Source: Veleropilina oligotropha (Eukaryota). Taken from it: a stretch of DNA of 64,000 nt. Location: the NCBI GenBank assembly GCA_048128005.1, contig JBEUKZ010000016.1, positions 496,001 through 560,000 on the forward strand. Direction: 5' to 3'. The notes below the pieces were generated by a model. The model saw nothing but the letters and a program-made list of their open reading frames with translations, ran no database searches and was not told the DNA's origin. The position numbers and the translations under genes are program-made. Below are positions 27,133 to 38,826 of the stretch, piece after piece; position 1 is the first letter of the stretch, and the number at the start of each line of letters is the position of its first letter.

Positions 27133-29400
27133 AACGAGGTATGCTCCTAGCTCATACGGGACCGCCTTTTATATAATACATCCATAAAGATTAAATAATC
27201 AATAACTCTATAATAAATTTCATAGTAACAGTCATAAAGTATATATTTTACAATAGTTCATATGATCTTGACCTTTGACCCCATCTTTGAACTTGGGCAA
27301 GGCCTGATGGTACAGAAGGTGCATCCCAAATATGAAAGGTGTAGGTCTAGCAGTTCGTCTAGCTTCTATGTGACAGAAATAAATCTTGCAAAAACAGAAT
27401 GGAAATACACGTAAATGACCTTGACCTTTGACCCAGTGACCCCATCTTTGAACTTAGGCAAGGCCTGATGGTACACATTGGGTGTATACCAAATATGAAA
27501 AACGTAGGTCCAGCGGTTCGACTTCTATGTGACAGAAAGCAATGTTCCAAGTCAAGAACGGAAATACACGAAAATGACCTTGACCTTTGACCCAGTGACA
27601 CCAACTTTGAACTTAGGCAATGCCTGATGGTACACAAGGTGTATACCAAATATGAAAAGCGTAGGTTCAGCGGTTCGTCTTCTATGTGACAGAAAGCAAT
27701 CTTCCAAGTCAAGAACGGATGTACACACGAAAATGACCTTGACCTTTGATACAGTGATCCCATCTTTGAACTTAGGCAAGGCCTGGTGGTATACAAGGTG
27801 CATACCAAACATGAAAAGCATTGGTCAAGCGGTTAGTCTTCTATGTGACAGAAAGCGATCAGCGGATGCCAACTCCGACGGATGCCAGTCCATGACTATA
27901 CATAGGTTGCAGATGACGTCACACAGTCCCATAATTCTGTGCGCGGCGCCATTGTGCAAGGCATGGAATAACACGAGGGATATAAGATTACAGTATAAAT
28001 CGATTCAATTATGTGAAAATAAATGATAAAGATAGAAATTCACGGAAGCGTTTTGACGGTACTTTCAATATATTAAATATATATTGTCGTTTGGGTTCGA
28101 TTTGGTTTAGTTCATACAACATCAGAGCCTTCGTCATTTAAATTAAGTAACTGGTCCAATTTTAGGCTATTAATTAAGCATAGCCATAGCTAAAATTTCA
28201 TTCTAATCTTACAATTAGCCTTATAAATACCTTTTGTGTTCTTTATTCAACTGTCGACGGTAACAATAGCGTTGAACATCCATTGAATTGAAATAAAATC
28301 AGACCGCCATCAAAGTTTGATACATCGATTCATATTGTTTTAAAACTCAAAAGTATGCGCCTACGTTAGTCCCTTTGATCGGCAATGTTATCCATTGTCA
28401 AGTGAAAGCAATTTTCGCATTCCGAGTGTATTTCGGTATTTATATATTTAATCTAAAATTCGAGCTTATAATTTATTTCGTACATGCCTCGGGTCTGTGC
28501 ACATGGCGACTGCTAGGGAACAAACTCATACCCGCAGTGATACAGCTGTGGATTTTCCAAACATGTGCGAAACGTTAAACTTAGTCTTTTTCAAAAAAAC
28601 AAAATAAAAATAAAAGCGTTAATGTGTTACCATTGGAAGTGTAGGTATACAGCAATTTTTTTGTTTAATTTTATAAACTTTGAAAGACAGACATTAGATA
28701 ACTATTTTATTGCGGAACGTTTAAATTGTGCAAGCTGGTTATTTCAGTCAAATGATTTTTGTAGCCTAGATGTGTTTACAAGAAACAATGGGTCTGCCGC
28801 ACAAATAAAATGTTACCTATTTATCAGCTTGGCAATGAAATCCTGTGGTATCAATTGGATTATCAACAGGACAACAACCATTGAAAATAACAATTAGCAC
28901 TGCAGCGGGGTACTAAAGAACGACGTGCGATGCATGCGCACTTTGGCTTTCAAGTCGGGGAAACATTCAATTAATCCGTAAAAAGACAAAAAGTACATAC
29001 TATCATAGGCTTACTACATTTAGGCTTACTACGATAATTTATTGACAATTTATATAATGATATGCATCAAACGTAGGAACTAATTAATTAAAGTCAGTAA
29101 CAGTAGCTTATTACATGAATATTTACTTTATTCGCCGCATTTGTTTTTTCTGCGGTTGCGATAACAAACTCGTGAATATTCAAGAAACAGCAACTCGTGA
29201 ATATTAAAAAAATTAACTGAATGCTCCTTCACACGTATTTTATTGATTTCTACAGATATTTTAGTATTGACCAGTATTCATTTGATTGACTGCTAAGAGT
29301 GTTTGCCTTTCGCGATGGCGGACGACTCGGTGATAATAATTATGTGGTTTTGGTCACGTGTCTGCAACCTATGTATAGCCCTGCCAAACAGGCGGGCAAA
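27133..29400. mobile_element. HINE-like element family D with ~159-bp monomers
   Basis: Monomers atgaccttgacctttga.. at ~27415/27574/27733; 3' hairpin gccctgcc-aaaca-ggcgggc. Confidence 0.65.
27901..29373. mobile_element. Non-autonomous TIR element with TATA TSD
   Basis: 13-bp TIR cataggttgcaga / tctgcaacctatg; tata duplicated (27897-900, 29374-77); removing it restores the HINE end gactatagccc. Confidence 0.75.
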
Positions 29401-30429
29401 AAAATGATTTATACAATTCCTCCCTTTCTGGCCTGGCTCTGACATTATGTCGTCTGCAGTGGGTAATCTACGTCATAATCTCATGTATTCACGCACTCGA
29501 TCAGGCCAATATCAAGTCAATTATTGCAATACAAAAGAAAGGTGAAGTTACCACTAAAACACAGATGTGATGTCGTCCATTGTTATATGCCCGCATGCGA
29601 GCAGAGATGCTATTTGATAGTACAATAGACTACACAGACATGGGTGACCGCACATGAATTTTCATTGCACAACGGTTCTCTGAAGACTTGTTTATATTGA
29701 AATATAAGGGTCTTTTATAAAGACAAAAGAGCCTTTGTTGAAAGTTGACTGTCATATAATCTAATCGCGAGATTATGATGTAGATTACCCACTGCAGACG
29801 ACAACATGGCGGAGTCCAGGCCAGGAAGGGATAAATTATATAAATCGTTTTTTCTTCGAATTTAAAAAATATTGAACTTTTATTTTTTAGGTAATAAAAG
29901 TTAAATCAATATTAGAACCAATACAAAAGTTTATGTATGCATGTTCGTTATTACTTTAAGCTTCATATTTCAATAAAGTATACGCAAGGATGGAACAATT
30001 AAACATTCAACCTTTTGGATTCATATTCATATGCCCATGTCTCAAAACCTTGCCACAGCCTCGTCATGATCAGAAAAGAAATGATATTGTCAATAAAATT
30101 ATAGGTTTATGGAAACAAGACCCTTAGTTTAAACAATATTTATTTTGCAATACTCATATGATCATATAGTATACATACAAATGCCTTGCTAAGCAATCTG
30201 GCAGCAGGTCATGCCTATGTTAGCCATTTTGCTTGATATAATAATGGTACATTAGAATTAACAGTAAGAGGCAATGATACTGTCTTATACTTGTTTTGAT
30301 ATAATTGTAAAGATGCACAATAAATGTAATGCAGGTAATTTGTACATTAAATTGAAATAAAACAATATATTCGTAATTTGAAAAACAGTTCAATTGCAAA
30401 TATAAATGTCTAATTAATTTTATTATTTA

Positions 30430-33400
30430 AAGTTAAAAGCGGTGGGTAGCCCTAATAAATCCCTGAACCTGATGATATATTTCGATGTTTTCGGCAACAG
30501 TAGCAGCCGGAGAACCAAATAGTAAATTTTCTATTGACATATTTCCTAGAAGTGCAAAATAATGATGTCTTTCGGCCTGAAATAATGGACAATAAATAAA
30601 ATAATGTTCTTCGTCCTCATTGAGTGCACCGCAGACGCATTCAGGACTTAATTTATGACATTCAAACGTGCTAAGTGTTTATTCAAAGTTGAGCAGTTCT
30701 TTCTCAATCTGGCATGTAATATTGCAGATTTACGATCAAGTTCAAAGTTGAATTGCATATTAAATGGTAGGTGACATCTTTTCGAAAATACAAAAGATGT
30801 AGAATTTTTTATGATAGTATCTAAAGAATTCCAATCTCTTATCGTTCTTGGAAAGTACGACTGTCTGAATGACTCAGTTCTGGTTGGAATAAGGGTTAAC
30901 AAATGCTGGTTTCTAATATTGTAAGGATAATGCGTGCACTTCGGGAAGGTGTATCGTAACCGATAGAAATCTTGGACTTTCGCCGTTTAAAATGTTAGAA
31001 AATTGTATTAGTCTCTGTTGATAACGTCTCTCTTTCAGTGTACAAATACCAACTTCCCGTAATAAGCAGTCCCTTGAGCACCATATTGGAATGCCAGTTA
31101 TAATTCTTAAGCATTCAAATTGAATTCCCTCAATATTTTCCGACCATTGAGCAGTGCAGTCATCCCAAACAATTCAACAATATTCTAATAAAGGTCATAT
31201 AAAGGCAATATAAATAAGCTTCAGAATTATTTTACTAAATGAGTATTTGTATTTTCTGAGTATACCAATTCGCAGGGAAGTTTTGTCAAGATTTCTTGCA
31301 GATGATCATTCCACGTAGCAGAGCTGTTCAGAGTCACTCCCAGATGCTTATGGGTGTTTACTAACTTTATAATCTCACCGTTCATTTTCAGTCGCGGTTT
31401 AATTACATTTTTAGCCCTGGTTATAAATAAGCATTCCATTTTATTTGGGTTAAACTTGATTAGCCATTTTTTAGACCAACAACTGAACAAAACAATGCAG
31501 CCAAGTCGTTATTTAACAATTCTGTTATATCTACATCCGGTGGATGAACAATGATTAATGATGTGTCGTCCGCAAATAATCGGACATCACCACTAATACT
31601 ATCTGCTATATATCATTAATAAAAATTAAAAACAGAAGTGGTCCAAGGACCGATCCCTGGGGTACACCAGCATTTGTTTCCCCCCAATTTGAAAACTTAC
31701 CATTAATCATAACTTTCTGCTTCCTTTGACTTAGGTAATTTTTAAACGAAGAAAGCAAATTACCTACGATACCACATTGTTCTAGTTTACAAAGCAATCC
31801 CCTGTGCCACACTCTGTCAAAAGCCTTGGATATATCACAGAAAACAATAGTGATGCAATTACCGTTGTCTAGTTCATACTGTATTCAGTGATATATCTCA
31901 AGTAATTGACTCCGAGTTGAGAAACCAGGTAAGAATCCTGCTTGATAGGGATACAAAATATTATTACATTTCAAATAATTTAACATATATGCTTATGAAT
32001 AATTCTTTCAAACAGCTTTCCAATAATACTGCAGTGAGAGAAACAGGTCTAAAATTATTGGGTTCATTGGCACCGACTTTCTTCGGAATAGGGATTACAT
32101 GTGATTCCTTCCATATCAGTGGAAATTTGACAACAGATAACAAATAATTGAAAATCTTTGTAAGGGGTTTGAGCAAAGCATTCATATTTTTCTTAATGAT
32201 ATTTCCATTTATATCATCTGGTCCCATAGCTTTTCCTGGATTTAATTTGTTCAGTAACTATTATAGAATTAATAGTTTCATGTGAAAATAAATTAAACTC
32301 CGGCATAGTTACACATGCGTCGTCAATCGTAGATATTTCCACAAAGTAATAATTCAGACAATTTGCCTTTTCAATATCCGATAAGCCATAATTCATTTCC
32401 CCGTTAATTTCATGTTGAATATTAGGAATTGGTTCAGAAGTCTTTATGTTACATGCGTTTTTTAAAAGATTCCACCACGTTTTGTTGCTTCTCTCATTGT
32501 TATTGATAGTTTGATACAAATTGTCATTGTATTTAACTTTTGCACATCGTACTAAACGAATAACTTCGTTTCAAATTTGTTTATATTTTGTCCAATTTGC
32601 CTGAAAGTTACTTTTAACTGCTCGCTTATGTAACCTATTTCTTTTCCTCATTAATTTTCTAATTTGACTATTCATCCATGGTTTGTCATTTGGTCTAATG
32701 GTAGGCGTTTTGGATGGGATGTAACGTTTGCATAAAGTGTGTAATACGTCTGTAAATTTAATAGCAACCTCATCAGCAGAACAACACATATCAATGAACT
32801 CGTCCCAATTAATTATCGAGATAGAATCCGAAAAATCTTGATAGTTTCCAAGAGCATAACTCCATATCTTTCGCTTAAATGAACATTGTTTGATGGTCGA
32901 AATATTTAGATTTATGACAAACGGAGAGTGGTCACTGCAAAAAGGTGATAAAACACAAACATCTGCTATTACATTTACGTCATTTACGAACGCCAGATCG
33001 ATTAATGTTGATGAAGTGGAAGTTACTCGTGTGGGCTCATTTATAACTTGCTCATAATTGAATTATAAAAACATATTTTGGAATATAAGGCTACCAGTTT
33101 TGTTTAAAAAATCAACATTGAAATCTCCCAGGATGATAGATTTAGCACTGTGGTTAGACAACGCGGTGAGAAAATTATGGAAATTAGAGCTCCAATCGAC
33201 CAGGGGAGTAGCAGGCGGCTTGTATACACATGTGATTGTAAGTGCTTGTTTATTTAGAAATATGTCAGCACATAAGGCTTCACAATTAATCAAATCCCTA
33301 GAAAGTATCCTACTATATCCAAGCTGCTTGCTTATATAGAGAGCAACACCACCCCCCATGCCGATTTTGGTCTTTCCTTAATACAATATATCCATGGATT

Positions 33401-33747
33401 GAAATTTGATCATCTGCAATATTATTATCAAGCCAGGTTTCAGTCAACGCGATCACATCAAAGTCGTCATACGTCTAAATTAGCTATTAAACTGTGAATG
33501 TTCAGATGAAATATTTTTATAGATTCCGGTCCAGGGTTGCTTTCAATGTCACCATGCCACAACATAACAATAACAAAGAAATCAAAATAACATGTCGATG
33601 CGGTAACGTTGATGATATGAAGTAATGTAACAGAAAAGAAAATTGGGTTGACCAGTGAATTATATTGTTTTCCATTGTACTGTTTTTTGATCAGCGAATG
33701 TGAAATGTGCCTATTATAATTCGATATTGGGTCAGGCAGTTCCCCAT
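30430..33747 (-). pseudogene. LINE ORF2 (2A peptide - AP endonuclease - reverse transcriptase), disrupted
   Basis: MGNCLTQYRIIIGTF start; GDIESNPGP; GGGVALYI, CVYKPP, ILGDFNVD, SDH (APE); DISKAFDRVWH, GVPQGSVLGPLLFLIFIND, LFADDT (RT); SYFPRTIRDWNSL; several stops and frameshifts. Confidence 0.9.
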
Positions 33748-34559
33748 GAAAGTGTTGAATATTACTGGGTTGTGGAAGATAAGATAAAATGAATATATTA
33801 GAGGAAAATTAAGAAAAAAATAATGAGAGCGAACAGTACATTTTACACAATAGAACATTATACAGGATCGAATAATGATATTGACAATAAATTTACAATC
33901 TTTTTCATGAATAACTGAAATCAGATTCAGGCGATGAACTAATAGTAATATACGTGACCTGGATATACATCACAACATGAAACGTGAAAAATATCTCGGG
34001 ATATCCACCACTGCCACGCGCAACACAGAATAGAACAAAGGAATTAATTGAGTGAGAAATAGACGTTCTCATTGTGGATAATTCTGACTGCATAACACAT
34101 GGCGGTGGGCCAGATAAAATATAATGTAAACACTAAATCGCCAACTTAAATAATCCGATATATATAAACTGGATTGAGAATAGAACGGTTCTGAAGCTGG
34201 TAAACACAATAATGCTATCTATAAATAAATACGTAATGCGTCTTATTGACGTGGTGAAAATTAAACTAACAGATTAAAGTACCTTAGTACCATAAATGAA
34301 TTATATTATCTTTAAATTAATAGGCCTACATGTTGTCAATAATCATGTTGGTATTAATTTGATATGGTAGGCTAGAATGTTATATTTAAGTTAATACTTA
34401 ATACGTGATAACATATGTTTGTTTCCAATACAATAGAGTTATAGTTATTAACTTATTGACTTAAAAAGCTGGTCCTGGATGTTGGCGCCCGGGGGTCGAG
34501 GTAACAGGAATTATGTCATGACGTATTTGACTTGAAATAGTAGGAGTTTCAGATGAAAT

Positions 34560-35379
34560 GTTAACATTGAATCTCAGATATTTAGTAAGATCTTTCTCTG
34601 CTGTTAGCACTTTTGACTCGCCCGCCGTGATTTGTCGTTTCCTTAACGAATATCTTGCCGTCTCGCACCCAGGTATTTTCCAACAATTCTCTAGGTTTCT
34701 CTAGCCAGTATAGCCCTTTTATGTGTCAGGTCTTCATTGGCATAGACGGATTTAAAATCTCTCGTATGCTTCAGAGATGATAGAGTTTTGTACACCCGCT
34801 CACGGACGCGATAATTTGCAAATTTTACAAGGATCGCCCTTGATCTCCTGCTGTCGGCGGCCTTGCTGCCAACATGGTGACTTCTGTCAATGTCTGCAGG
34901 TGTAACTGGGACATTTTGTTGCTCATTGCATAGTTTTAATACTATATTATCCGTGTTTTCGTTTTCTCGTTCAGGCATAGCTGCTATTCTTAGCGAGTTC
35001 CGTCGAGAATATTGTTGGAGGCTACCGACTTCATATTCTAAATTATTAATATGAGATTTCATATTTTCTATCTCGAGTTTTTGATCAACAAGTTTTTTCA
35101 TCAACTGTGGCAATAATAATTTCTTTAGCTCATCTCGTACATCAGGATCCGACAAAGCACTTCGAAAGAATAGCGTAAATTTTGAGGCTGTTAAGATTAG
35201 TTTGGGTTTTTTCCGATGGAGCGTGCTTCATTTGATTCTGAAATGTCAATTTCTCCCACCATATTGCCTTCGTCACTAATTACACTGCCTGAAGTGTCAT
35301 AATCTTTTGATTTCTTTTTTTCCTGCTGATCGTAATCGGAAATATCAGATCTATCGCCTATTCCACGTTTACTTAACAT
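34560..35379 (-). pseudogene. LINE ORF1 (coiled coil + RRM-like), disrupted
   Basis: LQQYSRRNSLRIAAMPE..DIDRSHHVG..RAILVKFANY..VYANEDLT is typical of CR1/L2/L1 ORF1. Confidence 0.85.
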
Positions 35380-36642
35380 TAGGAGTCTTGACCATTACTT
35401 TAGCATTGTCAAAATGTAGTATTATACTTACTATTGAGTAAAATGTACGGGGTAAAAAATCAGCCCATGTTGATTGCTCGAGCCTCGTTTTCATTCCAAC
35501 AAGACCCTTTAACGAATGAAGACACTGAGATAGTATGTACGAAACCCCATGGGGATGTGTACATCACGCTCAGTGCCTGCATTACTGTTCCTCATGCAAT
35601 ATTTGCAAAGAGATTTGCTTTTGAATAGTTTTATTTATACATTCTGATCGAGTTCAAATGAGCAACCAGTACTTCAGAAGAGCATATTTCTAACTGTACA
35701 TTTTATCGAATTTGAAAGTGAATATTAGAATTAGAATTGAATCGGTGTTTAATGTCAAATTTAGCACACTTGATTATTTAAGACATTAACCTGCAGGATG
35801 TGGATATATTAAGTAGTGGTAGGAAAGCATGAAGGGAAAATCTGTCAGCATGTCGAGGATTCGAACATCCACTTAGAACTGCGAAGCATTATAATCAGTA
35901 AAAGTGGATTTATAGTAACCACAGTTGAGTTGGTCACCGGGACCGGACTAGATTCAGGAGAAATTAAAATGAACATTATTTTTCATTTTCGAGTGGCACT
36001 GCATGGTCAGCAGAACTGCTCAACCAAAATACTATCCCTTTAATGGAGAATTCACTGTTCATGTTCCCAAAGACGAATATTTCAATTTAATTTTGGGATG
36101 TTACAGTTTTAAACACAGTGGCCCGTATGCACCAAAGTCAGGTTCAACTTGGTTTAATCCTGTATTCTGTAATCATGAAGTTGACCACATAATTATGGCA
36201 ATGTTGTTAAATACATGTGTGCATTGTTTAACCTGGTCAACGGTTAACAGTGTTAGTTAGCTCTAAACACTTATTCATTAACAATTTTCAAAAGCCACGG
36301 ATACGTTTATAATAATCCGCCTAACAATTAATTTGTGAATGCCAAATAGATCACCATCAAAATTGCCGGGTTGCATAGAATATCAGCATAAGGAGCCAGC
36401 TACATTCATTGAGGAAAACTGGGTTGTTGCTTTCCGTGTTAGATTTAATATCGCAATTACGCTAAGTAGTTCTATTACATTACTTTTCCAAATCGAAATC
36501 GTCAGTGGAATTCTTAATCACTAAATTATTCAAATGTGTTCCTCCTGTCTCTTATTATACGATCTGTACCTGCAAATACCTCAGTTTGTTCCAATCGTGC
36601 AATTGCCTTCAGCTTTGTCATGTGATAAATATATATACTTAC

Positions 36643-36815
36643 TGGGGAAGCTTCGCAAATGACTGGAGTAACACCAAGGAATGTTTTTCTGAAAACGTGT
36701 TGGAGCAGGCACAATTTCATTTTTATCTTTGCACTCCGGTTGAAAGTATTCATTCATATAGTCGAATTTTGAACAGTAATGGCAGGTGTGGGTTTCTCCA
36801 GCAGAATTATACAAA
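36643..36815 (-). CDS. Possible Cys-containing host exon (LYNSAGETHTCHYCSKFDYMNEYFQPECKD...WCYSSHLRSFP)
   Basis: Strong polypyrimidine acceptor tttctctttctttttttag, a|gtaagt donor, open frame, phase 2-1. Confidence 0.35.
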
Positions 36816-37371
36816 CTAAAAAAAGAAAGAGAAAACTACAAAACTCTTAAAACCCATAACTTGGGTGGGTGTAGTGCAATATAACCCTCCCACAATACCC
36901 ATCTTGAATGCAATAAGGACAAAAATACTTCGGCAACACGACATTATCTAAATAATGTACATATCAAAATATGAAACATATATTATAGGATTACATAACT
37001 TTTGAATGTTGAGCGCACATGCTAGCGAATGTCTGTGAACGCGCTGTTCACATGGAAACAAATCTACAGTATCTCTGAGTAATATAACAATTATAATGCA
37101 CGTTACAAAAGAATGAAAGATGTTTAACGACCATTGGGTCAATGAACATCGATGGGTTGGGATCATTTTCAATTGTTCTATTTTAACAACATCATATCAC
37201 AGCCACAAAAGAATACACGTGTCTATATTATTGTGGAAGGAATCCGAATGCCTAGTCACTCAGAAATACCCGTCAGTACTGGCAAGTTTTGGACAATTTT
37301 GACTGAAAGTGTCCAGTCAAGGATTCGAACACATTCATGTTAATCTAAGTCAGTGAATTTAATTTGAATAG

Positions 37372-37880
37372 GATTGGATCGGTGCTTAATGTCCTGTATA
37401 TTTACAACCTTTAGGTTAAAGCCAGGGCATGTCCATATTATCGCGGGAGAAAAGCCCGGTCACCCGGGGAAACCCACCATCGGTCATTTATGGTTGCTTG
37501 GCAACATTGTATTTTGACCCCTTTTAGCAATTATTCAGCTGTATCAGTCAGGACACCAGGTTTAGTCTCACTCCGATCTGACCGACATACATTAGGGATA
37601 TGCGTTCTATTATTTTAAACGCTAGAATTAACTGCCACTGGTCTTCAACCCGGGAGCAACTAACAGCTTCAGTTCAGAGTATGACACGCTATTAAAACAA
37701 TCACCCGCATGATTGGCCAGTTATGGACAACTGCGATTTATACCTGAACAAAGAATGTCACATCCCGAGATTCGAACCAGTGATTTCATGGTTGCACTCG
37801 ACACAACAATATCGGATAAACACAGAATTTTAAATGACTAGGGAATAATATTATGAAGCATCATTCAACCAATCGGCCAC
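37372..37880 (-). mobile_element. tRNA-derived SINE-like repeat
   Basis: Minus-strand box A-like gtggccgattggtt (~37867-80) and box B-like ggttcgaatctc (~37766-77), spaced wider than in a tRNA; body shared with 158-300. Confidence 0.5.
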
Positions 37881-38826
37881 TGGATCAGCCAAAATTAAAT
37901 TAAGCAAACAAAATACAAAGGCTAAAAACACTTACAACTTTTTTTCTAGACTAACACCAGCCTCGGATGGAACTAAGAAGCCTACAAAAATCTAAAAATA
38001 AAAAGTAAAATTAACCAATGTAATGTTGCCAAAAGATTACACTGAGCATCTAAAAAACATTTACACGGCATGAGGCGTATTGTTTCCTAAGAATATTCTT
38101 CCTAGTGGACATTCTCCCAACCCTAATGTCAACATATATTATTAATAATCAACTACAGAAAATAAATTTGGATTTACCGTATCCTAGCTTTCTAATCAAA
38201 TTTCGCATTACACGTACTGTAATACATTTCGCTTGTAAAGAAACCATCACAACACAGTTGCATAAGGTGCGCATGGTTGACCGAGAACAGCCAGACTTTA
38301 ATCGAGAACAGAACTGATATGTCCAGGAACGACCCTGAAGGGTGTTAATTGGAATACTACGCATTAATTTAAACCAATCCAACACATCACACATTTCAAT
38401 GATTCGCATATTTGTTGCAAGCTCATCCATTTTGTAATTCTTCAAAATTATTCACATTTTACATGCATATCTCAATAAAAGGTCGCATGCAGAAATATGC
38501 ATAATTTAGAACCTGCTTGCACAACAAACATACCTCACCTGCTGGTATGTCATACACTTAAGTAAACTAATCAGGAATATTTGTATAATTTTATATAATT
38601 TATAGATATATTCACCAAGTTGATAACAGCAAATCTGACATAAGCATTATTATACCTAACGGTTACCTCATATACTGTATTGAATATTAAATGTTACCAA
38701 AAAATGGCCTAAAAATTATATTGTAGTTCCGATACACTGGTGTCCAAGTGGCCAGGCATCAGACTGCATTGTATCTCTCTAAATTTTATTGATTCTAAAC
38801 ATTCCTGAATACTGTAAACCATAATA

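Larger units (their letters stand above)
27033..29955. mobile_element. Kolobok-like MITE (TTAA TSD, AG..CT termini, ~190-bp TIRs) with nested insertions
   Basis: ttaa|agtgataacc ... gttattact|ttaa; the left arm (27033-27133 + 29400-29490) is inversely complementary to 29761-29955. Confidence 0.7.
30126..35497 (-). mobile_element. Full-length decayed CR1/L2-group LINE
   Basis: 12-bp TSD aacaagaccctt (30114-25, 35498-509); ORF1 and APE-RT ORF2 remnants; aataaa near the 3' end. Confidence 0.9.

Noticed and set aside
37760..37880. tRNA gene
   Set aside because: Only degenerate box A/B with wrong spacing and no cloverleaf; better explained as a SINE head.
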